DNA of 55,050 bases from positions 1-55,050 of the forward strand of contig CAZIZE010000102.1 of assembly GCA_964543655.1 (NCBI GenBank), written 5' to 3'. The stretch comes from an uncultured bacterium (GTDB lineage Bacteria; DYJV01). Below the pieces are notes generated by a model. The model was not told the origin of the DNA. It saw only the letters and a list, made by a program, of their open reading frames with translations, and made no database searches. The first letter of the stretch is position 1, and each line of letters opens with the position of its first letter. Positions 39,385 to 47,291 of the stretch are shown piece after piece. The translations under genes and the position numbers were made by a program.

Positions 39385-40313
39385 TTATTTTCCTCCCTTT
39401 TTTTACTAATTTTTGATTCTAATTCGTTGATTTTATTTTTCATATTTTTTAATTCTTTTTTTAATGTATAAATTTCTTTATATGCTCTGTCTAATTCAAA
39501 TTTAGTGGCAATATTTGATTCTTTTAAAATTTGATACGTATATTTATCAATTGAGGTTTTCAAATTAGTACCAGCTTTTAATAAATTGCCAAGTAATTCC
39601 CCATATTCTTTACTTTTAAAAAAGTCGTGAAAGATTTTTTCATTGGAATTAATCCATTTTTTGAAAAATTCGTCAAAATCGTTAAGCTGAGGCTGTTTTT
39701 TTATCTCTTCTAAGAATATTTCAAAACCTTTATTTGTTTGTTTGCTAATAACTTCCCTAAATTCTTCTACTTTTTTTGTATATTCCAAAAGGTTATTAAT
39801 AACTTCTTTAATTAAGTCATTTATTTCTCTTGTTAACCAGAAAGAGGGCATTTTTAGAAAAGTTTCAAACGTACCCAAATTATTACTATAAAAATTTTCA
39901 AAAAGTTTATTAAAGTCATTCAATTTTAAGGCATCCTGAATTGGTCCAAAAAGCTCTAATCCTGAGTATTGTTTGGTAAAATTTTCAAGAATTTTAGCAG
40001 GTGTAATCTCGTCTAATCCCATGATTTTTAAAATTATATTAGAATAATTATCTTGAAACGATGAGAAAAGTTTCTGAAAATTTGCAAAATTATAATTGTT
40101 TTCAGGTAGCATAAAAGATTTTTGAAAATTTTCATAAAAATTAAAGAAATCTTTGTAAATTTCAGAAGATTTACTCATTTTCAAAAAAGGATTAGCAACA
40201 TCCTGAGGTAGAAAAAAAGGATTAATATTGGTAGATGGTTCACTACTCTTTTGAAAAAAGTTTTGCCACATTTCAAACATCTTTTTTTGATTTTCCATTA
40301 AATTTTCAAACAT
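39381..40313 (-). CDS. phaE: class III PHA synthase subunit E
   Basis: ATGA overlap with phaC; PxxxLTRE, F..WI...E, ATKFELD followed by a coiled-coil tail. Confidence 0.85.
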   Translation of the reverse strand: MFENLMENQKKMFEMWQNFFQKSSEPSTNINPFFLPQDVANPFLKMSKSSEIYKDFFNFYENFQKSFMLPENNYNFANFQKLFSSFQDNYSNIILKIMGLDEITPAKILENFTKQYSGLELFGPIQDALKLNDFNKLFENFYSNNLGTFETFLKMPSFWLTREINDLIKEVINNLLEYTKKVEEFREVISKQTNKGFEIFLEEIKKQPQLNDFDEFFKKWINSNEKIFHDFFKSKEYGELLGNLLKAGTNLKTSIDKYTYQILKESNIATKFELDRAYKEIYTLKKELKNMKNKINELESKISKKREENK

Positions 40314-40324
40314 TTTTACCCTCC

Positions 40325-41083
40325 TTAAATTCTTAAACCTCCATCAACTTCTATTGTTCTGCCGGTTATATAGTCATTTTCTATTATAAATTGCAATGTT
40401 TTGGAAATTTCCTCTTTTTTACCAAATCTTCTAAGAGGTATCATTTTTATAATTTTATCTTTAATATTATCTGAAATTGCTTCTGTCATCTCTGTTTCTA
40501 CATAGCCAGGAGCTATTGCAACAACTCTAATGCCAAATCTACTAAGTTCTTTTGCCCAGGTAACAGTCATTGCAGAAACACCAGCCTTTGTTGCAGTATA
40601 ATTTGTCTGTCCCATATTTCCATGCCTGGATATTGAAGACATTGAAATAATAATCCCTCTTTTTTCATATTTCACCATTTGATACGCTGCTTCTCTTGTG
40701 CATAAAAAAACACCAGTTAGGTTAACATTAATAACATTTTGCCAATCTTTAAGAGGAAATTTAAATATATTTTTTTCATCTTTTTTTATTAATAAATTAT
40801 CTTTTGTAATTCCTGCATTATTAACACTAATATCAATTCCATTATACTTTTGCGAAACAGTAGAGTACAAATTCACCACACTATCTTCATTGGTTACATC
40901 AGTTTCAAAAATATCAATATTGAGATTATCTTTTGCAAATTCTTTTTTTACAGCAACAAGATTGTCATAATTAAGATCACAAATAACAACTTTTGCTCCT
41001 TTTAATGCAAGATCATGAGCAAACTGTTTACCAATTCCCCTTGCACCACCTGTTATCACTGCAACTTTATCTTTTATTTCCAA
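40325..41083 (-). CDS. SDR 3-ketoacyl(-CoA) reductase, probable PhaB function
   Basis: TGGARGIG, NNAG, GQTNYTATK; TTG start after SD GAAGGAGG; first gene of the PHA cluster. Confidence 0.88.
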   Translation of the reverse strand: MEIKDKVAVITGGARGIGKQFAHDLALKGAKVVICDLNYDNLVAVKKEFAKDNLNIDIFETDVTNEDSVVNLYSTVSQKYNGIDISVNNAGITKDNLLIKKDEKNIFKFPLKDWQNVINVNLTGVFLCTREAAYQMVKYEKRGIIISMSSISRHGNMGQTNYTATKAGVSAMTVTWAKELSRFGIRVVAIAPGYVETEMTEAISDNIKDKIIKMIPLRRFGKKEEISKTLQFIIENDYITGRTIEVDGGLRI

Positions 41084-41158
41084 GATAGCCTCCTTCTATT
41101 GAAATGTTTGTCAAAAAAATGATAGGACTACAACCGGCTATTATTGAATTACATTATA

Positions 41159-41187
41159 ATATTAGGTATGAACTTCTCTTTTGTCAA
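41159..41187 (-). promoter_or_regulatory. sigma70 promoter of the PHA cluster
   Basis: TTGACA-17 nt-TAATAT on the minus strand. Confidence 0.7.
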
Positions 41188-41445
41188 GTAAAATTATTTT
41201 AATCTTTAGCTTTTTTTGTAAAACAGAGTTTCTTTTAAAGGAGATGATTTTAAAAATTCTTATAAAAAAAATTTAATATTTGATTTAAAAGTTATCCTAT
41301 TATATAAACCTATTATAAACCTATTAAAAATATTAAACTTTTACATTCAAGATAATAATAATTATTAATTTTTAATAGATTTATGTTTAAACATTGTTTA
41401 GATTTATAAATAGCTATAAAATATTAAAAAATATTTATTTTTTAA

Positions 41446-42819
41446 CTATCCTACTACTATTTCAGGAATTCTCAAAGTAGGCTGAGCATCGCTAACTGGA
41501 ACACCCTGGCCATCTTTGCCACAGGTACCTATAGAAAATCCAAGGTCAGTTCCAACCATATCAATTTTATTTAAGATTTCAGGTCCATTGCCAATTAAGG
41601 TAGTATCCCTGACTCTATCACCTATTTCACCATTTACAATTTCATAACCTTCTGTAACCTCAAAAACAAAGTCTCCTGTAGTAGTATTTACCTGTCCCCC
41701 ACCCATTTTTTTTACAAAAATTCCTTTATCCACGCTCCTAATTATTTGTAGGGGATCTTCTTTTCCTGGTGCAATGTAGGTATTAGTCATCCTTGGTATA
41801 GGTTTGAATCTAAAAGATTCTCTCCTGCCATTACCAGTTGGCTTAGCACCATCTTTTAATGCATTAAGTACATCATAAATATAATTTTTCAATATCCCTT
41901 TTTCAACAAGGATATTTTTTTGGCATCTATTCCCCTCATCATCGTAAATTTGAGTACCTCTTTTAAAAGGAATTGTGCCATCGTCAATAACTGTAATTTT
42001 CTCTGAGGCAACCTTTTTACCAATTTTATCTTTCGTGTACACACTCATTCCATCATTTACAATATCTGCTTCTAATCCATGGCCAATAGCCTCATGAATC
42101 ATTGTACCACCTGCATTGCTTGATAAAACTACAGGCATTGTCCCACCTTTGATTTTTTTAGCTGTTAGATTGTTTACCGCTCTATCTGCTGCAAGTTTAC
42201 ACGTTTCTTCAACAACATTATTATTAAAAAATTCAAAACCTAAAGCTCCTCCTTGAGCTTCATAACCTGTTTGTATTAACTCATCTTTAGCAGCAATAAC
42301 ATGTGATAAAAATAAGATTTGAGGTCTTAAATCTTTTATAAAATTTCCATTTGAATTTATAATTTCAACTTCCTGAATTGAATCACTATATACAATTTTA
42401 AATTGCACAATTTTTGAACTGTATTTTTCAAGGAAATACTTTCCTTCCAAAACTTTATCAATCTTTTGTTGTAAACTAACTTTTTCTGGCAGTATAATAT
42501 TCTCTGCTAATATAGCTGAGCTTTTAAATAGTGATAAAGTATAATCAGACTTTGAAGATTTAGTAAATTCTGATAATTTTTGAGCTATTTCTATTAAAGA
42601 TTTATCAGTAAACTCAGTTGTAAAACCATAAAAAGTTTTATTATCATGCAGCAACCTTATTCCTATTCCAGAATCGTTTCCTGATTGGACTTTTTCAATT
42701 TTGCCATTTTCAAAAACTATATTACATGTATTTTTATTCTCAAAAAAAATATCTGCATAATCACCACCATTGGAAAAGAGGATTTTGAAAATTTTTTCAA
42801 TATTAAACCTGTCAAGCAT
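41446..42819 (-). CDS. tldD: TldD metalloprotease
   Basis: HEAIGHGLE, TGNGRRES, PRMTNT, CGKDGQ. Confidence 0.93.
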   Translation of the reverse strand: MLDRFNIEKIFKILFSNGGDYADIFFENKNTCNIVFENGKIEKVQSGNDSGIGIRLLHDNKTFYGFTTEFTDKSLIEIAQKLSEFTKSSKSDYTLSLFKSSAILAENIILPEKVSLQQKIDKVLEGKYFLEKYSSKIVQFKIVYSDSIQEVEIINSNGNFIKDLRPQILFLSHVIAAKDELIQTGYEAQGGALGFEFFNNNVVEETCKLAADRAVNNLTAKKIKGGTMPVVLSSNAGGTMIHEAIGHGLEADIVNDGMSVYTKDKIGKKVASEKITVIDDGTIPFKRGTQIYDDEGNRCQKNILVEKGILKNYIYDVLNALKDGAKPTGNGRRESFRFKPIPRMTNTYIAPGKEDPLQIIRSVDKGIFVKKMGGGQVNTTTGDFVFEVTEGYEIVNGEIGDRVRDTTLIGNGPEILNKIDMVGTDLGFSIGTCGKDGQGVPVSDAQPTLRIPEIVVG

Positions 42820-42932
42820 CAATTCCTCCAGAAAAAAGTTTCAATCTTTTAAACATAGAATGGAAGAAAAGTCAATTAGTGGATTATCATTATAACAATT
42901 CCACATTACCAGAGCTGAGTTTCATTTTTAAT

Positions 42933-42961
42933 AAAAAAAGCAGGCAAAAGCCTGCTTTTTT
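42933..42961 (-). terminator. intrinsic terminator of the Rieske/cytochrome b/octaheme operon
   Basis: AAAAAAGCAGGC-aaaa-GCCTGCTTTTTT. Confidence 0.92.
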
Positions 42962-42965
42962 AGTA

Positions 42966-44579
42966 TTAATGAGGTGCATCCATTAAATTTGGAGATGGAA
43001 GTTTCAAATTAATAGCTTTTTTGAGACTTACACCATCTTTTTTAAGTCTTTCTTTGTATGCTTTATATACTGGATGTTCTGGGAATTTAGTACCAAGATA
43101 GTAATCTTTGTTTTTATATCTTTTCATCCAGAGATCCCATTCATCTTTTGTTAAAAATCCTTGTTTATAAAGTTCTTCTACATTAGCTTTTACCATTTCC
43201 CAGTAATTAGGTACAAGTTTATAAGCTACTGGGCTTCTATATTTTTCAACACCAATACTCCACTCATTACCAGGAACATCATAAATTTTGTATGGGAAGA
43301 ATTTCAAAGGATCTGTGCTTTCTACGATTTTTTTAGCTTCTTCATCACCATGCTCTGCAGCATAGGTTATAATTTCCTGTAAATTATGTTGCATTTCCCA
43401 TACACCATGCCATTGAGTATAATCAGCAGCCATCATCTCAGCTCCCATTCTGAACCTTCTACCTTCGTGATGCCAATCATTATACATTAAATGTTCAGGT
43501 TTTTCATCCCAACCATTTATAACAGGATTTGAGTAAAATTTACCCTTATATTCAAGTCTGTGTAAAATACCTTCTTTGGTCATTTTCTTTGTCCAGTAAA
43601 CATTAGCTCTTCTCATTTCATTATATTGGAAATTAACAAGATCAAATGTTAAGAAATACATATCAACAAAGCTTCTTGCGTGGCAATTATAACATATGTT
43701 TTTCATTCTCTTTCTTTTATCCTTCCATGTACCAAGTTTTTCTTCAAACCATACAGTTCTAAATGACCATGGAGCCTGTGATTCAGTTGCAAGTCGTGCA
43801 CTTACATTATGTGTAGGTTTCACACCTGGTGCTCCATCCATATGACATGTTGTACAAACAGGAGCTGGAATTGGTATAGGTTTTTCATCACTACTTCTAT
43901 AAGAAAGATTCCATTTTGCACCTTCTGCTTTAAAAATATTACCATGTTTAGATTCAATATATTCTTCAATATGAGGATGATCAGGACCCACATGACATTC
44001 ACCACATGTTTCTGGCTGTCTTGCTACTCTTATGCTAAATGTATGTTTTGGATGACAAATATCACATTCACCTACACTGCCGTCAGGCCAAAAAGTAGTT
44101 AAGTTATGACATTCTTCACAACCATGCTTTGTGCCTATAATAGGCTCAAATACAGATCTATCTGCGTTTTTATATTGCCAGAAAGGAAAAGCATGTTTAC
44201 TTTCTGTGTATTCCTGCACTTGCTGCTTATGACATTTTGCGCAATCATTAGGAGTTGGATGTTTACCAATAATTATACTGGAACCTGGGCAGGTAAAAGC
44301 ATCAAAATCACTCTTTTTAGCTTCATGACATTTAATACAATCAATACCTTTTTCAGCATGAAGACTTGCTTCCCAGTGATCGATTACTTTAGGAGCAACA
44401 CCTTTTCTTTTATGACATTCAATACATTGTTTACTAACATCTCCTACATGAACTTTATGCGGTTCAACTCCCATTTTTTTTGCAAATCTTACAGACTCAT
44501 TTTTGGCAACTAAAAGAAGTGCAGCAAGAAAAAATATAGAAACTATAAAAACCAGCCATTTTTTTGCTTTTAAATCCAT
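42966..44579 (-). CDS. octaheme cytochrome c, hydroxylamine oxidoreductase (HAO)-like
   Basis: N-terminal anchor, eight CxxCH (CIECH, CIKCH, CAKCH, CEECH, CDICH, CGECH, CTTCH, CYNCH), GPDH...Y..SKHG, WHHEGRR.RMG. Confidence 0.9.
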   Translation of the reverse strand: MDLKAKKWLVFIVSIFFLAALLLVAKNESVRFAKKMGVEPHKVHVGDVSKQCIECHKRKGVAPKVIDHWEASLHAEKGIDCIKCHEAKKSDFDAFTCPGSSIIIGKHPTPNDCAKCHKQQVQEYTESKHAFPFWQYKNADRSVFEPIIGTKHGCEECHNLTTFWPDGSVGECDICHPKHTFSIRVARQPETCGECHVGPDHPHIEEYIESKHGNIFKAEGAKWNLSYRSSDEKPIPIPAPVCTTCHMDGAPGVKPTHNVSARLATESQAPWSFRTVWFEEKLGTWKDKRKRMKNICYNCHARSFVDMYFLTFDLVNFQYNEMRRANVYWTKKMTKEGILHRLEYKGKFYSNPVINGWDEKPEHLMYNDWHHEGRRFRMGAEMMAADYTQWHGVWEMQHNLQEIITYAAEHGDEEAKKIVESTDPLKFFPYKIYDVPGNEWSIGVEKYRSPVAYKLVPNYWEMVKANVEELYKQGFLTKDEWDLWMKRYKNKDYYLGTKFPEHPVYKAYKERLKKDGVSLKKAINLKLPSPNLMDAPH

Positions 44580-44603
44580 AATTACCTCCTTTCTATATAT
44601 ATT

Positions 44604-45611
44604 TTATGCTGATTCTAAAATCATTAATATGGTAATAATAATCATACCTGCTAATCCTATCAATACTGGCAATGACTCTGATTTGAATGTTTTTACAAGC
44701 CAGCTATCAACAAATGGCCAGAAAAAGAACAAGCCTATTACAAGAACAGGCACATATAGTCCTATCCATTGTGAGGTTAATTTTATCCATTTAAACATTG
44801 GATAAAAATACCATTCAGGCTTAATATGAAGAGGCGTAACAAGAGGATTAGCCTTGACTCCTGGTTCTAAAGGAAAAACAATAGCAAGAATAGTCATGAA
44901 AAAAAGAAGCATTAAACCAATTATAACCTCTGTCATAATATGATCAGGGTAAAATTTGTAGGTTTTGCCTCCTCCATTTAATTCACTAACACCTACTTTT
45001 CTTAAAATCACTATGTGGATAAAAATTAATATTCCAATAACAGCTGGGACTATTGCTCCATGAAGAATCAAAAATCTGCTAAGTGTAAATTTATTAAATG
45101 AATCACCTGCAATTAACAATTTTCGAAGAAGAGGACCGATAATTGCAATTTTCCCTGCTAAATTTGTACCTGCTGTAACAGCCCAATAAGATTTTTGAGT
45201 GTATAGCAATGAATATCCTGTAAATCCTGCAAAAAGGGTCATAAGTAGCAATAAAACCCCTGTCATCCATACATATTCTCTTGGTTTTGTATATGCTCTG
45301 GTGAAAAAAACTCTAATAATGTGTAATGATACTGTTACTACCATTAATTCAGCTGACCATTTATGAATTGCTCTAATCCACCAGCCAAATCTTATATTAT
45401 TGGTGATGTAATTTACACTTTCATATGCTCCGTCAATTGTGGCAGAGTAATTCATTGCAAGAAGGATCCCTGTAACAATTAATATTATAAAGAGAATAGC
45501 TGGTACTCCGCCAAGGCACCACCACCATATTTTCATATGTTCTGGCAGATCTTCATCAAGAACTACTGACTTGAATTTCTCCCATGTACTCATATTTTGA
45601 GCATTAATCAT
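44604..45611 (-). CDS. cytochrome b of a Rieske/cytochrome b complex (b6-like, fused to subunit IV)
   Basis: WWCLGG, two His pairs, GFTGYSL, KPEWYF. Confidence 0.93.
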   Translation of the reverse strand: MINAQNMSTWEKFKSVVLDEDLPEHMKIWWWCLGGVPAILFIILIVTGILLAMNYSATIDGAYESVNYITNNIRFGWWIRAIHKWSAELMVVTVSLHIIRVFFTRAYTKPREYVWMTGVLLLLMTLFAGFTGYSLLYTQKSYWAVTAGTNLAGKIAIIGPLLRKLLIAGDSFNKFTLSRFLILHGAIVPAVIGILIFIHIVILRKVGVSELNGGGKTYKFYPDHIMTEVIIGLMLLFFMTILAIVFPLEPGVKANPLVTPLHIKPEWYFYPMFKWIKLTSQWIGLYVPVLVIGLFFFWPFVDSWLVKTFKSESLPVLIGLAGMIIITILMILESA

Positions 45612-45627
45612 ATTGTATTCACCTCCT

Positions 45628-46080
45628 TTACACTATTAAAGTGACAAAAACATAGTTATCCTTTACCTCAACCTTAAACTGATCAAGAGGACGAGGTGGA
45701 GGACCTGCAATGTTTTTTCCATTTGCATCAAATTTACCTAAGTGACATGGACAGAAAAAGATATTTTCTTCTGGTTTCCATTCTACTTCACATCCAAGAT
45801 GAGTGCAAATTTTAGAAAAAGCTTTGATTTTACCATTTTGATTTACTAACAGTGCTTTTCTGCCTTGGCCATCAAGAAATTCTTTTGCTTCTCCAGGCTT
45901 AATTTCGTTGACTTTAGCCATAAGAACTTTGATTTCTTTTTTCTTTTTAGATGGTGGCACAAGGTACTTGAAGCCATAAACAGCAGAGGTAACGCCAACT
46001 GCTGCAATGCCAATGCCTGCGGCAAAATTAGACATAAAATCTCGTCTTGATAAATCTTCTTTTTTTTCTTCATCAGCCAT
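45628..46080 (-). CDS. Tat-anchored Rieske [2Fe-2S] protein
   Basis: SRRDFM, CTHLGC, CPCH, GPPPRPL; SD AAGGAGGTG before the ATG at 46080. Confidence 0.95.
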   Translation of the reverse strand: MADEEKKEDLSRRDFMSNFAAGIGIAAVGVTSAVYGFKYLVPPSKKKKEIKVLMAKVNEIKPGEAKEFLDGQGRKALLVNQNGKIKAFSKICTHLGCEVEWKPEENIFFCPCHLGKFDANGKNIAGPPPRPLDQFKVEVKDNYVFVTLIV

Positions 46081-46119
46081 TTTATACACCTCCTTTGCTT
46101 TAAAATTTTTGGAATTAAT

Positions 46120-46187
46120 ATTATATACATCTAATAGAAGTAAATTTGGGGTTAAAATGTGTAAATATTCTGTAAAGGTTTTGTAAA
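46120..46187 (-). promoter_or_regulatory. activator direct-repeat array plus -10 box of the Rieske operon
   Basis: minus-strand TTTACA at 46187, 46176, 46165 (11-bp period), TTAACC, TTTACT, then TATAAT at 46125-46120. Confidence 0.8.
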
Positions 46188-46261
46188 TTTATTTTTTGCA
46201 ATTGACTTAATAAAAACTTTTGTTTATTTTTATAATAATTAAGAAAAATGGGGAGGATTTG

Positions 46262-46846
46262 ATGAAAATAAGATTTATTTTTTTGATGTTTTTTTTATCA
46301 ATAATTATGAGTTTAAGTTTTCTTTATGCGTCAGTAGCCAAAAAAGAAGATAAAAGCAATAAGTTATCAGTAAAATCTAATGATAAAATTATTGTAGCAA
46401 AAATTGATAATTTAAATATTACGTATCAGGATTATCTTGATTTTCTTGATTTATTCAATAAAAAACCATCTACCAATGAAGAAAAATTAAAAATGTTAAA
46501 TCATTTAATAGAAAGGACTTTAATTATAGAAGATGCAAAAGAAAAAGGTTATTTTGGTAGAAAAACAATGAAAGAAAATATAAAAAAACATCGTTTTTTG
46601 GAAAAAAAAGATAACTCATATCAAACAACCATTATATTAAGACAATACTTTATTGAAAATATCTCAAAAAAGGTTAATGTTACAACTTTAGACATTGATA
46701 ATTATGTAAAAAAACATAAAAATATTGATAGAGCAACTGCAAGAGATTATATTGCTCTTGAAAAAGAGAAAAAATTATATAAAAAACTTATTGAAAAATT
46801 AAAAAAAGGTAAAAAAATAATAGTTTATAAAGAAAATTTAAAATGA
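46262..46846 (+). CDS. exported SurA/PrsA N-terminal-domain-like chaperone
   Basis: signal peptide, IVAKIDNLNIT, LNHLIERTLIIEDAKEKG, LKKGKKI; no parvulin domain. Confidence 0.7.
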   Translation: MKIRFIFLMFFLSIIMSLSFLYASVAKKEDKSNKLSVKSNDKIIVAKIDNLNITYQDYLDFLDLFNKKPSTNEEKLKMLNHLIERTLIIEDAKEKGYFGRKTMKENIKKHRFLEKKDNSYQTTIILRQYFIENISKKVNVTTLDIDNYVKKHKNIDRATARDYIALEKEKKLYKKLIEKLKKGKKIIVYKENLK

Positions 46847-47180
46847 TACAATATACAAGTGCAGGGTTCAACATTAGTCTTAGTCGATAGAGATTGTAAT
46901 TTATGGTTATTCGTAGTTATTAAAAACCACTAAATCCTAACAACTATATCCTAAATCCCAACTATACAAAACCAACCTTGAAGCAAGAGATTTTACGGGA
47001 TAGAGCCCTTAGGATAGTTTACAGTTATCAGTTCAAAATTCAAGGTTCAAATTTTATGTTATTTCAAATGAAAAAGCATATTATTGGCAAATATAAAGCC
47101 TTTTAAAAACTTTATATCGTATTTTAAATTTGTTTTTGTATTAAATCTTAATTTCTAATTACAAAATTCTAATTTCTTTT

Positions 47181-47247
47181 TTTACAAAAACTTTACAAAA
47201 AAGTTACACCATATTTACAGCAAATTTACTTAATTATAATGTATAAT
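47181..47247 (+). promoter_or_regulatory. activator direct-repeat array plus -10 box of the molybdoenzyme operon
   Basis: TTTACA 47181, TTTACA 47192, GTTACA 47203, TTTACA 47214, TTTACT 47225, TATAAT 47235 and 47242. Confidence 0.85.
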
Positions 47248-47291
47248 ATATACAATAATTTCTCATCATTATATTTATAAGGAGGAGGGGA

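Noticed and set aside
41446-41470. TldD ends at IVVG and has no tldE/pmbA neighbour
   Set aside because: At most a few residues short, with catalytic motifs intact; the partner can be unlinked.
47084-47100. sigma54-like TTGGCA-N8-GC upstream of the molybdoenzyme
   Set aside because: The -12 element is AAGC rather than TTGC, and the repeat array plus TATAAT explains the promoter better.
35272-47230. Repeat arrays as possible CRISPR
   Set aside because: Units are 6-11 bp without unique spacers, and there are no cas genes.
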